Positions 19,013 to 28,980 of a stretch of DNA of 64,000 nucleotides are shown piece after piece. Numbering within the stretch: the stretch's first letter is position 1; every line of letters starts with the position of its first letter. Below the pieces are notes generated by a model. That model was not told the DNA's origin. It saw only the letters and a list, made by a program, of their open reading frames with translations, and searched no databases. The translations under genes were made by a program, and so were the position numbers. Source of the stretch: a virus; IMG/VR virus record IMGVR_UViG_3300044846_003365, positions 15,719 through 79,718 of that record, one strand, 5' to 3'.

Positions 19013-20799
19013 TATTGGTTTTCTCCTGTTTCGGTTGGTTGCTCTGGCTCAGCTAACTGCGGAGCTTCCTCTTGAGCTGGTTGTGGTTGTGGTTCTGCTG
19101 GTGTTTCTTCGGTAGGAGCTTCGGGATTCAAAGTCTCCTCCAAATTCTCTGGGATTGGCGCAACGCTTTGGGCTTGGTTGGCCTTTCTTATCTTCTGCAT
19201 AATGTCTGGAGCTAGGCTCTCGATTATCTGTGCAGTAAGTTCTGGGGTAACGGCACCCTTCTCGAAGACTAGACGTAGCGCAACTTCAGTTGGAGTCGGA
19301 GCTTCGTTCTCTGAGAATCCGTGAGCACGTCTCCAAGTCTCGTAGCTAATTGCCATCTTCTCGAAACCTGAGTCTGCATCTGCTGCACGGTCATTACGAG
19401 TAGCAACCTGAGATGGGTCGTACCAAACAACAATGTTGTCAACTTCTGCGTCAGTGAATCCATTTGCAAGTAGGTAAGGACGTAGGTAAACAACTGTAAG
19501 AGCGTCGGCGATAAGTAGCATCAGAGGCTCAATGTGCGCCTTGTAGAGGCTCTCGTCAATTTGAAGTGCGTTGGAGTACTTAACGTTTGCTAGACCTGTA
19601 ACGATGTCCTTAGGGACGTCGAGACCCTGCATGATGCGCTCAAGAACTCGGTCTGAACGCTCAGCAAGTGCTGGGTCGAATGAACGCTCAAACTTGAACT
19701 GCTTAATCTTGTCACCAAGCTCAGCAGGTCCACGAATGATAAGTGGAACAACGGCAGACGCTGAGTCTTCATCCTTGATAGGAGTAGTCATAGCGTCGAT
19801 GAGCTGGTCCTCGAAAGCGTCTTCTAGCTCTTCTGGAGTTGGCTCGTCGTAGATACCGTCTGGGTCATCGTAAGGATAGGCGCTGTCTGGTGTAGCTGCA
19901 ACAGACAAACCATCTGGCAAGTAAAGAGCACCAGCGTTCAAGCGTGAACGTGCAGTGCCACGGAAAGTTCTGTTTAGAAGTAGAAGTTCAGCGCAAAGGT
20001 CAAGTATGCCCTTCATGCTCGAATCGGACTCGTCAGTGAAGCGTGGGTGTGACTTCCAAATACGTCCAACAAATGCATCCTTAGGAAGCATAATTGAACC
20101 CTTTTTGCTAGTTCCACCAGCAGAAACTCCAGACTTCAAATCTCTACGTGGAGTAAGAATGTAGTTACCCTTTTGGTCAGCAACAATTTCGTCAACGGAG
20201 CGAATGTCCCAGCTCTCTGGGGTGCCGTGACCAACGCGTGCTGGAGTCTGTGCTAGGTAGCACTCACCAGTAACCTGAATGTTTAGAGCAGCGTCTCTAA
20301 GAAGACCTGCCTGACCTCCGTAAGCGGAGTCAAGACGTTTGATTGCACGCTCAGCTGCTTGAATTAGTCGAGCCTGACTTTCGTCTTCAACGTTCTTAGC
20401 TGGTACTGGAGCTTCAGCAGGATTAATGACAACTGCTGGGTAAAGTTTGATTCTGGAAACAACGGAAGCAACTAAGTTGAAAGCGTATTTGATTTCACCA
20501 ATGGCGTCATAGTATTCCCAAGCTTCAGACTGCCACATAGAAGAAACTGAAGAACGTCGCTCTCTAAACATCTGAGCTTCTGAGCGGTCTCCAACTTTTA
20601 GCTGTACAGCCGATGCTGTTAGAGCACGTGGGGAATTAAAAGCTACAGCCTGTGCCTGCTGGGGAGCAGAAAGAAACACGTCAGACGGAACCTGAAGGCT
20701 AGAGCCAACGATTCTTTGGTTGGTGGCACTGGCGCGGATACCGCTAGCGTCTCCAGAACGTCTGCGAGCTGGGTTTGGCTGTTTTTTGAAAATTCCCAT
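19012..20799 (-). CDS. Portal protein
   Basis: WQSEAWEYYDAIGEIKYA...GRIWKSHP...SAVVPLII...LDVPKDIVTG pattern of cluster-B-like portals; 595 aa. Confidence 0.85.
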   Translation of the reverse strand: MGIFKKQPNPARRRSGDASGIRASATNQRIVGSSLQVPSDVFLSAPQQAQAVAFNSPRALTASAVQLKVGDRSEAQMFRERRSSVSSMWQSEAWEYYDAIGEIKYAFNLVASVVSRIKLYPAVVINPAEAPVPAKNVEDESQARLIQAAERAIKRLDSAYGGQAGLLRDAALNIQVTGECYLAQTPARVGHGTPESWDIRSVDEIVADQKGNYILTPRRDLKSGVSAGGTSKKGSIMLPKDAFVGRIWKSHPRFTDESDSSMKGILDLCAELLLLNRTFRGTARSRLNAGALYLPDGLSVAATPDSAYPYDDPDGIYDEPTPEELEDAFEDQLIDAMTTPIKDEDSASAVVPLIIRGPAELGDKIKQFKFERSFDPALAERSDRVLERIMQGLDVPKDIVTGLANVKYSNALQIDESLYKAHIEPLMLLIADALTVVYLRPYLLANGFTDAEVDNIVVWYDPSQVATRNDRAADADSGFEKMAISYETWRRAHGFSENEAPTPTEVALRLVFEKGAVTPELTAQIIESLAPDIMQKIRKANQAQSVAPIPENLEETLNPEAPTEETPAEPQPQPAQEEAPQLAEPEQPTETGENQ

Positions 20800-20808
20800 T
20801 GTTCTCTC

Positions 20809-21105
20809 TTAGTGTTCCATGCGGTTTGCAATAAGTCCCGCTACCGCAGACAATGCAAACGGAATACAGGCAATAGTAGTCGCTACAGGAACTATTGTAT
20901 AGCAGATTGTAATAAGTGATGCGACCCAAATGCTCATGCACCAATAGCAAGTGAACAGGTATCCAAACTTTGTGTTGTGGGGTGGGTATTTCTCCCAAAT
21001 CTTGTTTCTAAGACCGTCAAAAATAACGTCGACGATAAGTAGGCGTGAAATCCTATACGTCGCTAAGGCTAGAAGAATGAGAGCGATTGGGTTAAGAATG
21101 TCCAT
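20809..21105 (-). CDS. DUF1360-like membrane protein
   Basis: LATYRISRLLIVDVIF...LFTCYWCMSIW. Confidence 0.75.
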   Translation of the reverse strand: MDILNPIALILLALATYRISRLLIVDVIFDGLRNKIWEKYPPHNTKFGYLFTCYWCMSIWVASLITICYTIVPVATTIACIPFALSAVAGLIANRMEH

Positions 21106-21108
21106 TTG

Positions 21109-21486
21109 TTATTTAACTCCTTTTTGAGATGTAAGTGTTTTGTAAGGGTTCCAAGCACGTAGACGTGAGCCACATCCGCAGTTAGTATCCTTCTGAAAGG
21201 CTAGCATCTTTCCGCTTAAAGTGGTTAGTCTGTAAGTTTTCTTATCTCCTTCAGGCCCAACTAGATTTTCTTTTAAATACTTTTCTTGGAAGACGACCAT
21301 AGGACCTTGAGGCGAATCTTGAGCAACTGTGACAGTCTCTTCAGTCAAAACAACCCTTGTAGTGGCTATGTAATAGATGTCTGGGTCTTGTGAAGGTGGA
21401 TAAGCGTTAAGGACGTCGACGGTTTCAATGTGGCCAGCAGGGGTCAGCTGAAAATGGGCTGGAAACACGTCCACAATTATCTGCAA
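21109..21486 (-). CDS. Hypothetical protein (CGCGSRLR motif)
   Basis: 125-aa ORF in the operon upstream of portal. Confidence 0.7.
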   Translation of the reverse strand: MQIIVDVFPAHFQLTPAGHIETVDVLNAYPPSQDPDIYYIATTRVVLTEETVTVAQDSPQGPMVVFQEKYLKENLVGPEGDKKTYRLTTLSGKMLAFQKDTNCGCGSRLRAWNPYKTLTSQKGVK

Positions 21487-21487
21487 T

Positions 21488-21988
21488 CTATTTTCCTAAA
21501 CGTCTAGCGATGGCACGGAACGTAACATTGGAGGCGCGAGCAATCTCAGCCGTAGTTACGTTGGTGTTGAATAGTTTTTTTATTATTTCATTAAACTCTT
21601 GGTTGGCTTGGAACTGTAGGGACGTCGACGACATGCCACTTCTATAGGTTCTGGCGATGGGGGCAAGATAAGCGAGCCTTTTTTCTGTTTCAGCGGGGAT
21701 TCCGGGCGAAACTGGCTTCTTTCTTTGATACCCAATCGGCTTAGGCTCGTTTGGTTGCTGGACTGCACCGCCAACTTGCTTCAAGGCCCCGTTCTCAACC
21801 CAATACTTGACTGTGGAACGTCGAACTGGGGGGTCGTAGGCCTCACCGATAGCCCTGAGCGTCCAGCCTGCCTCAAAGAGCTGGCGGGAACGGCTGTTGC
21901 GCTCCTCCTTGGTCTTCAAGGATAGTAGAAAGTCCTTTTCTTCCTTAGGAAGGCCTTCATCTCTGGCTGGACGTCGATTGGAAGTCAT
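21488..21988 (-). CDS. Double-HTH DNA-binding protein (paralog of 25204-25755)
   Basis: GWTLRAIG..RSTVKYW and VTTAEIARASNVTFRAIARRL HTH-like segments; TACAAT 7 nt before the ATG suggests a leaderless mRNA. Confidence 0.65.
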   Translation of the reverse strand: MTSNRRPARDEGLPKEEKDFLLSLKTKEERNSRSRQLFEAGWTLRAIGEAYDPPVRRSTVKYWVENGALKQVGGAVQQPNEPKPIGYQRKKPVSPGIPAETEKRLAYLAPIARTYRSGMSSTSLQFQANQEFNEIIKKLFNTNVTTAEIARASNVTFRAIARRLGK

Positions 21989-22325
21989 AATGTACATTGT
22001 AGCACGCTCTGTACGAAGCCTATTACGTTAAAGTTATTTGGACTGAAGGAAGAAGAATGATACATTAACGTATTTTGCTTTTGGCCTGTTAGACGGGTAC
22101 GCTTGCTTTTCAGCTGCGTCAAAATTGTTTCCGGAAACCATAAAAACGGCACTAAAAATGCCGTTTTTGATGCCGTTTATGCCCTTTTTTAGTGTCATAG
22201 GGCATAAAACCAGCCCTTTCGAACACTTATAAACTAATTTTTAGACTAAAAGAGACTAAAAAATAAAATTTATGTCTAAAAAACAAATAACTATCTAAAA
22301 CTAGACTACTTTGATAGTCAAATAA

Positions 22326-22395
22326 GCCTAAAAACAGGCTAAAAACAGGCTAAAAATGGGCTAAAAACAGGCTAAAAACAGCCTAAAACAAGCTA
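22326..22395 (+). repeat. About six imperfect tandem 11-bp repeats (GCTAAAAACAG)
   Basis: cctaaaaacag gctaaaaacag gctaaaaatgg gctaaaaacag gctaaaaacag cctaaaacaag read directly. Confidence 0.9.
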
Positions 22396-22722
22396 TCTCT
22401 GAGTCCAGTCCAGTCTTTTCGCCTCTAAAATCTAGCGTCTGAGAGCCTAGGGAGGTCATTATTTCCACGCTGAGGCGACCTAAAACCCAGCTTTTCGGGC
22501 AAATGCTAGATAGTTATTTATAGTTTGTAATTGTTTGTAATCTAGAACCAGCTAACCACCTATGTCAAAGATAGGTAAAACTTCGTTGATATGATTCTAA
22601 ACAATCACTTAGATAATTACCAAAGGGTAAGTTAGCCACACCAGCCCAACAGTTGGTTGCTTAGATAGAACTCCGCAGGGTGTTAGATTCAGATTCAGAT
22701 TAGGGCTATCCGCACAAGTCCC

Positions 22723-22787
22723 GTTATCAAATCGTTATAAAGAACTATAACTTTAGACTTGACAAGTTGCCCGTAAGCTTGTATCCT
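22723..22787 (+). promoter_or_regulatory. SigA-type promoter with upstream GTTAT-N6-GTTAT box
   Basis: GTTATCAAATCGTTATAA (22723-22740), then TTGACA (22759)-N17-TATCCT. Confidence 0.65.
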
Positions 22788-22826
22788 TTTCTTATTAGCC
22801 TTACCCACCTATCGAAAGGGATTCAA

Positions 22827-23096
22827 ATGTCCACCACCGCAACCACTACCACCACCGCCCACGACACTACCTGTATGGCAACTGCCCCTTGCGAGCCTTG
22901 CTCGGCAATCATTAGCCACGCACAGGAAGCACGCCACGCATACAACAAGGCTCTAGATATTCTTGAAGACCTTGGCTCTACCCCTTGGGTATATCAAGCT
23001 GGCGGTGTTGAGACCGCAGACTTTTGGCGAGTCTTCGAAGACTTGCGAAACTTGCGAGACGAAGCAGACCGCAGGATTCCTAGTGGAGATTACTAG
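22827..23096 (+). CDS. Hypothetical protein
   Basis: GAAAGGG RBS before ATG 22827; own promoter and terminator. Confidence 0.65.
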   Translation: MSTTATTTTTAHDTTCMATAPCEPCSAIISHAQEARHAYNKALDILEDLGSTPWVYQAGGVETADFWRVFEDLRNLRDEADRRIPSGDY

Positions 23097-23108
23097 GAAC
23101 TAAAACAG

Positions 23109-23139
23109 AAGCCCCCTCGAAAGAGGGGGTTTTCTTTTT
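23109..23139 (+). terminator. Intrinsic terminator
   Basis: GCCCCCTC-GAAA-GAGGGGGT followed by TTTCTTTTT. Confidence 0.85.
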
Positions 23140-23249
23140 GCCTAAGTTATTCCGCACCCAGGCCGGGGAGGGTAGTGGTATTTCCACGCAGAAGAACTTG
23201 ACAATTGCTAACCCGTATGAGAACCTAGAAGCTTACGAAAGAGAGAACT

Positions 23250-23756
23250 GTGAACCAGCCTAACGACCCAAGACTAGCGTCTGTGAACCAGCCGTATCAT
23301 AAACCCTTAGCTACTTGGTCAGAGGTCTTGCCTAATCTATGGCAGGGAGGCACAGAGGACGACGACATCTACCTTCAACACGACCAGCCAACTATTACTA
23401 AAGATAACTTTGATTCGGTATACACCTTGTATGGTTGGGCGAACCCAGTTGGTTGGTTTGTGAAAGAAACTCGGCTAGGTTTCCACGACAGCGACAGCCT
23501 AACTGTCCACCCTAAACAACTCTACGACTTAGCCAGCCAAGCACACAGGGATTGGAAAGAAGACAAGCGTGTCTTGATTAGGTGTCAGGCAGGTCTGAAT
23601 AGGTCAGCCTTGATAACAGCTTTAGTCCTAATCAAGGAAGGCTTTACCGCAAGCCAAGCTATAACTTTGCTTAGGGAAACTAGAAGCGAGTATGTCCTAA
23701 TCAACCCTCACTTTGAAAAGTGGTTGCTAGAAACAGAACACTTTAGCGAACTCTAA
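23250..23756 (+). CDS. Dual-specificity/tyrosine protein phosphatase
   Basis: VLIRCQAGLNRS = CX5R catalytic loop; EVLPNLWQGG N-terminal motif. Confidence 0.9.
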   Translation: MNQPNDPRLASVNQPYHKPLATWSEVLPNLWQGGTEDDDIYLQHDQPTITKDNFDSVYTLYGWANPVGWFVKETRLGFHDSDSLTVHPKQLYDLASQAHRDWKEDKRVLIRCQAGLNRSALITALVLIKEGFTASQAITLLRETRSEYVLINPHFEKWLLETEHFSEL

Positions 23757-25140
23757 AGAACCCAGTTCCCCTAGTGTCTGGCAATCTCCTAGAAGCCAAA
23801 GACTTAGCCTTTATGCTACCGCCCACAAAACCAGCGGGGGGTTTGATTAGTAAGGCGGTAAGAGCGTGAACCAAAGCATCTACTCTGTCAGGCGACTTAC
23901 CCTCACCCGGAACCCAGCTAAACATCTGAGACTCTAGGTCAGACAAGTAGCCTATGTGGTGAACTCTACCTTGCTCATACGCAAGGGTAGTGGGCTCAGC
24001 CCTCAAAGCTTTACCATACTTAGAGTGAACTTCGAGAACCTTTATGTTTGGGTCAATGGCGTTGATAGCATTACGAACCAAAGCCCCACCTTGGTTTACT
24101 TCGGCAACAACAGGGCAACCCCACTTACGAGCCATAGCTACAACTTTGTTTGCCCACACATCAGGCGAACCTAAAACAGAAGCATCTTCTAAAACCCAAG
24201 CTTGACGCTTATACAAATCTCTATCCGCAGTAGAAGCACACACCACAATCCCACACTCATCTCTAGGATTCTCGGCTACTGAAGGGTCTACTCCAATTAT
24301 TCTTAGTGGAGCTTTAGGAGGCATAGAGTGTTCCCTATGTTGCTCAATCAACTCCTCAGTCCACAAAGCCCCCTCAACATCATCAAGCATCTCACCATAA
24401 AGTTCTTGTTGAGCTAAGCGTGTTCCTTCATAAACTCCAGTAATAGCATCTAGATAAGCAGAAGATAAGTTTCCAGAGTTGTCCATAGTTGAACCACGGG
24501 ACACCCACACCTTGCCAGTTCGCTTAGCCTCATCTAGAAGCGAGTAAAGGATAGGCACACGCTTAGGAGTAGTAGTGGCTAGAATCTGGGGATTACGACC
24601 TAGACGAGTTGCCACACGAAGGTTGTCCCAAGAGGTCATACCAGCAGCATCTGGGTTCTGTCTCCAAGCTGCCAGCTCATCAGCCCAAGAGTAGTGGGCT
24701 TGAACACCACGAAGGGAGTCTGGCTCATCAGCAGTTCCAAGAACAGCGGTATTGCCATTAGGCCAGGTCAGCCTACGCTTGGAAGGCTCATACAAAGGTC
24801 TCTCACTTGGAGGCGACACAGCCAAGATACCACTATCACCTTCGACAATAACATCTCGCACATCTGCTGCAGTTCGAGCTACGAGCAAGAACCGCAAGCG
24901 ACCTTGGCTTGAATCCAATGCTTTAGTTCTAACCCACTCCGCAGCACTCCTAGTCTTACCAGCACCACGACCAGCCAAGAACAACCCAACATTCCAAGAG
25001 TCATTAGCAGGCGGAATCTGTTCAGGTCTTCCCCAGAAGCTCCAGTCCCAAATCAAAGACTCAGGGTCCATACCAGCTAGGACAGCTAAGCGTTCTTCAT
25101 CTGGGAGTTCCGCAACTATCTGAGCCAGGCTCTTCGGCAT
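23743..25140 (-). CDS. terL: Terminase large subunit
   Basis: Walker A AGRGAGKT, Walker B WADE, ATTTP motif, IIGVDPS nuclease motif, SPDRVDAL. Confidence 0.95.
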   Translation of the reverse strand: MPKSLAQIVAELPDEERLAVLAGMDPESLIWDWSFWGRPEQIPPANDSWNVGLFLAGRGAGKTRSAAEWVRTKALDSSQGRLRFLLVARTAADVRDVIVEGDSGILAVSPPSERPLYEPSKRRLTWPNGNTAVLGTADEPDSLRGVQAHYSWADELAAWRQNPDAAGMTSWDNLRVATRLGRNPQILATTTPKRVPILYSLLDEAKRTGKVWVSRGSTMDNSGNLSSAYLDAITGVYEGTRLAQQELYGEMLDDVEGALWTEELIEQHREHSMPPKAPLRIIGVDPSVAENPRDECGIVVCASTADRDLYKRQAWVLEDASVLGSPDVWANKVVAMARKWGCPVVAEVNQGGALVRNAINAIDPNIKVLEVHSKYGKALRAEPTTLAYEQGRVHHIGYLSDLESQMFSWVPGEGKSPDRVDALVHALTALLIKPPAGFVGGSIKAKSLASRRLPDTRGTGFFRVR

Positions 25141-25203
25141 CTGAATCCTTACTAAGCGAAAAAGGGCGTGGAAAATACCACACCCTTCATCATACCACCT
25201 AGC

Positions 25204-25755
25204 TTACGAAATAACTCTGTGGTCTTTACGAATTGGTTTGTAGACTTTGCTCTTGCCATTTTTAGAAGGCTTGTAGCCATAACGAGCTAGTCTGAACTGT
25301 AAAGCTGAGCTTGTCACTCCAAGGCGCAACGCTAGTCTATAAACTGGCACTCCTTCAACTCTGTTTGCGTAGTCCAATAGCTTTGTGTATTCCTCTGCCT
25401 CTTTACGATAGGTCTGAACGTTCGAGCGAACCAGCCTTGCCTTCGGCTGTAGCTCTAGCAAGCGAGCCAATGTCTCGGCACTAGGCTCAACATATACAGG
25501 CTTTACCTTTTCAATGTGGCGTGGTGGGTCTGGGATAGGTAGTGAACTAATGTTCGCACCGCTAACAGGAAAGTCAACAATCTGCCTAGCTCTTTCCCTA
25601 GTCATACCGCAAGCATTAGAAATACTTGTCAATGTCCAGCCAGCGTTCCGCAAGGCGATTATGTAATCGTTCCTCGCAGGGGTTCCTTCAATCTTTTCAA
25701 AAGCTTTTACTACCTCTGGGGGTAGCTCAACCAGTTTCTTTCTTACATTTGTCAT
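25204..25755 (-). CDS. Double-HTH DNA-binding protein
   Basis: GWTLTSISNACGMTRERARQI and GVPVYRLALRLGVTSSALQFRL. Confidence 0.7.
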   Translation of the reverse strand: MTNVRKKLVELPPEVVKAFEKIEGTPARNDYIIALRNAGWTLTSISNACGMTRERARQIVDFPVSGANISSLPIPDPPRHIEKVKPVYVEPSAETLARLLELQPKARLVRSNVQTYRKEAEEYTKLLDYANRVEGVPVYRLALRLGVTSSALQFRLARYGYKPSKNGKSKVYKPIRKDHRVIS

Positions 25756-25910
25756 TTAGTGTTTTCCTTTCATAAGACTATGTAATCCTCGTTTATAACG
25801 ATTCGATAACAATACTAACCTTTTTCTAATCAAAGCGGTATACTTGTTCGCTTTGAGCGTCAATAAAAAAATCCCCCACCTTTTGGCAGGGGATTCTTTA
25901 CTATAACTAT

Positions 25911-26426
25911 TTAGACAATAGGCTTTACATTAGGGTCGTTCTTGAAGATAGCCAAGAAAGTCTCGGCATCAAGTTTTCCAGAATCCCCCACCTTATTATC
26001 TTTTTGGTAGCTAGCAATAGCAGATAGGGTATTCTCTCCATACCAACCATCTTTATCCTTACCAGCCTGCTCATAACCAAGCTCCACCAGTCGCCTTTGA
26101 AGGTGGTGAATAGTTAGAGACTTTCTTGCTTTCACATTTTTGTAGACTACTGAAGCTAGAGAAACATCATCTACGGAGTTGTTAGACACAACAGCAGGTC
26201 CAGCAGGCTCAGGGGCGGAGTTTAGAATATCGTCCATAGTGACAGACTTAGGCTCACGATACTTGCTCTTAGCTACTGGCTTAGGCTGTTCCTCAACTAC
26301 AGGCTCAGGCTCAACGGCAACAGGCTCAGGGGCTACCTCTAGGGTAGGCTCTTCAACAACGGCTACAGGCTCAGTAGGGGTTAGCTCTGGCTCTACAGCC
26401 TCAAATTCAATTTCTGATTCACTCAT
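25911..26426 (-). CDS. Protein with Pro/Glu-rich N-terminus and peptidoglycan-binding domain
   Basis: LQRRLVELGY...DGWYGENTLSAIASYQK..GKLDAET PG_binding_1 pattern; TAAAAT 7 nt before the ATG. Confidence 0.75.
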   Translation of the reverse strand: MSESEIEFEAVEPELTPTEPVAVVEEPTLEVAPEPVAVEPEPVVEEQPKPVAKSKYREPKSVTMDDILNSAPEPAGPAVVSNNSVDDVSLASVVYKNVKARKSLTIHHLQRRLVELGYEQAGKDKDGWYGENTLSAIASYQKDNKVGDSGKLDAETFLAIFKNDPNVKPIV

Positions 26427-26787
26427 AGTGTAAATTTTACACTAATTTAGACACGCTGAGCTAAGCCAGCGAAGGCTACGGCACTAAGCCCAAGGGCTAA
26501 TGTCAAAGTTGACAGGTCAGGAGCAAACAAAGCAACTCCTATTGAGAGAACAGCAAATACAACGGCAAGAACAGAAGTCCAAACCACATCTTTCATAAGC
26601 AACAACCAATTACGCATCTATTTTTCCTCTTCATCTTTCTTCGGCATTACGACTCCCAACAAAGGGCCGCCATCTTTCCACGCGTCTTCTTTACTTTTGT
26701 CCTTCCGCATCTCAATCCAGCTCAAAGCAACCAGAACTAAAATGGAAAGAACAAGAGTAAAGACTAGGAACTCTAGCAATCTATCTC

Positions 26788-27768
26788 CTAAGCTAAAACT
26801 GTTTTACCAGTCTTTCGGTATATGTTAGCTACAACTCTAGCCCAAACTTCGGGCGTTGAGTCATAAGGCTTGTAGCCACCAGCCCCACCAATCAGAACCC
26901 TGCCTTTGGCAAAGCGATTAGCTAGGTCGGCAACAACACTAGACGCACCTTCATAACCTTCGTAGGTATACTTCATACCCCAAATGTCAGACTCGTGAGC
27001 GTCAGCACCCGTAGCTAGAAGAATAACATCAGGCTCGTATTCCTCGACCTTCTGAGCAATCTCGTTGATAGCCCAAGAGAACTCAACATCTCCAGAACCT
27101 CTCGGCAAAACATAGTTATACCAATGCTTTTCTGGAAGCGAATACTCGTAAGGCTCGTCTTCAAAATACTTAGAGTCATACCAAGTGTCAGAGTGAGTAG
27201 GATACATCCTGTGTCCGTGAATACTGAAAGTAGGTATGTCCGTATCTTCTAGTAGATTCTGAACTCCATCTCCAGCGTTCACATCCCAGTCAATGTAGAC
27301 TGCCTTCAAACCATTACGCTCGAACTCCTTAGCAGCCCAAGCGAAATCGTTGAAGACGCAAAAGCCTTCACTCCATCCGTATTGAGCGTGGTGCTTCGCA
27401 CCTTGTGGATTGAACCCAACTCTGGCTTCCCCTGAGATAATCTTCTCGACTAGGCGAGCAGTCCCAGAGAACATTTGTAGAGCGGTATGCCCCATCAGCA
27501 GATTCTCTTTATGCCACTCGTATGAAACGCCTTTGTCAATTACTTCCGCAACAAACTTAGGGTCGTGGATGCTTTCCAAACTTGCTCTGTCGTAGTCAGC
27601 AACAGTAGGCTCGATAACCTCAATAGCGTCAGAACCAAGAGAGTTAGATAGCTTTTCTAGGGCGAGCTTAGCCCGTATTGGCTTAGTAATGTGCGTGCCA
27701 TCACCAGAACCAAGTTGCCAGTTTAGGTAGTCGTCGCTATACGCAACAAATAACTTTTCGTTGTTCAT
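26788..27768 (-). CDS. Histone-deacetylase/AcuC-family Zn-dependent deacylase
   Basis: GAKHHA..GFCVFND..YIDWDVNAGDG..FSIH..GADAHESD..GAGGY; start at MNNEK after GAGGAG. Confidence 0.9.
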   Translation of the reverse strand: MNNEKLFVAYSDDYLNWQLGSGDGTHITKPIRAKLALEKLSNSLGSDAIEVIEPTVADYDRASLESIHDPKFVAEVIDKGVSYEWHKENLLMGHTALQMFSGTARLVEKIISGEARVGFNPQGAKHHAQYGWSEGFCVFNDFAWAAKEFERNGLKAVYIDWDVNAGDGVQNLLEDTDIPTFSIHGHRMYPTHSDTWYDSKYFEDEPYEYSLPEKHWYNYVLPRGSGDVEFSWAINEIAQKVEEYEPDVILLATGADAHESDIWGMKYTYEGYEGASSVVADLANRFAKGRVLIGGAGGYKPYDSTPEVWARVVANIYRKTGKTVLA

Positions 27769-27864
27769 TTCTAACTCCTCTCTTTTCGTCATTATTTCTA
27801 TTCTACAACGCAAAGAAAGTTTTGTCAAGTTGCGTGATGAAACAGCTACCCTTTAGCAGGCAGT

Positions 27865-28209
27865 CTAACCTTGCTCAGCTTTTCTTTCTTTTCTAATTAG
27901 GAAGATTGACGCAAGAGAGCCAACAACATAACCAATCATCAAAGACGGAATCCAACTAAACTCAGGCTTCCACCCAACTACAAAGCCCATTACAACTATG
28001 AAAGTCAAAGCCCCCGCAGTTGCTTCAAGGAAAATCTCTAGTCCCAGAAATAAAGGCTTAGGGCTTTTCTTAGAGTGCTTAGGGCTTATGTAAGTAGACC
28101 TAGTGCTTTTCGGAGTGTAGTGATGCTTCCTAAGATGCTTGATAGACCAGATAGCCACAATAGAACCAACGGCAACTAGGAGAGAGCTAAGAATAATAGC
28201 AAACTCCAT
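27865..28209 (-). CDS. Small membrane protein
   Basis: Three hydrophobic segments. Confidence 0.6.
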   Translation of the reverse strand: MEFAIILSSLLVAVGSIVAIWSIKHLRKHHYTPKSTRSTYISPKHSKKSPKPLFLGLEIFLEATAGALTFIVVMGFVVGWKPEFSWIPSLMIGYVVGSLASIFLIRKERKAEQG

Positions 28210-28421
28210 TACGCAACCACCTTGTTTAGCAGTCTGCTAATTACTGGATACAGCACTAGGAACAGCACCCAAGCCAAACCAATAGACCAAAGGTTATCGG
28301 CAAAGTTCCCACCATAACCAGCACCCAAAGCAATAAGCACAGCGAAAATAGCCCAGTAGATACCAAAAATCAACGGCAAGGTAGCCAAGCCAACCAAACC
28401 TCTAAGAATTGCTTTTACCAT
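28209..28421 (-). CDS. Small membrane protein
   Basis: Two hydrophobic segments; GAAAGGA RBS and TTGACA promoter upstream. Confidence 0.65.
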   Translation of the reverse strand: MVKAILRGLVGLATLPLIFGIYWAIFAVLIALGAGYGGNFADNLWSIGLAWVLFLVLYPVISRLLNKVVA

Positions 28422-28710
28422 CTTTTTTCCTTTCGTCGTTTTGTTGCTCTTCTATTGTATCTAATTAGACACAGCTTGTCAAGTATTTATTTAGACTACT
28501 TTCCAGCCCAGTATTGAGCCAGCAAAGAATCTGTCCTGCCAAAACGCTAAATTAGCGGGAAAGTAAGGGGCAGGGTAGGTTATCTGTCTAGTAGTTCCGT
28601 CAAGGTAAATTACCTCAATCGTTCTAGTCTGGTTTTCGGTTTCGTTTATCATTTTAGTCCTTTCTCTGTATTTATAGTATCAGCTAAAGGCAAACTTGTC
28701 AAGCACTTTA

Positions 28711-28980
28711 CTAAAGTTTTTTCGTGTCCTCGGCAATTATTTCCAAAGCCCTAGCAATACCCTTTAGGTTTTCCGCAGACCTTCTACCTAATTTGATAGA
28801 GCCAACCACTCCAACTAAAGTCCCAAAGAATAATAGCCAAGCAACAAAAAAGCCCACAGACCCAGTTAGAACCTGAATAAATAAATAAGCCCCGTAGCCC
28901 AAGAACCCAAGCAGGAAAGCTAAGGCAATAAGCATTGTCAGCCTAAGTCTTTTTGTCCACCTCTCGGCTTGCTCTGTCAA
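28711..28980 (-). CDS. Small membrane protein
   Basis: Two hydrophobic segments. Confidence 0.55.
   Translation of the reverse strand: MTEQAERWTKRLRLTMLIALAFLLGFLGYGAYLFIQVLTGSVGFFVAWLLFFGTLVGVVGSIKLGRRSAENLKGIARALEIIAEDTKKL

Noticed and set aside
432-20998. Many plus-strand and alternate-frame ORFs of 60-190 aa overlapping the structural genes
   Set aside because: Shadow ORFs of long real genes; Ser-rich antisense composition and no RBS.
22448-22470. Additional AAGGGT-N11-CACGC copy (also checked near 48010 and 4030)
   Set aside because: Half-site or spacing mismatch; not counted.
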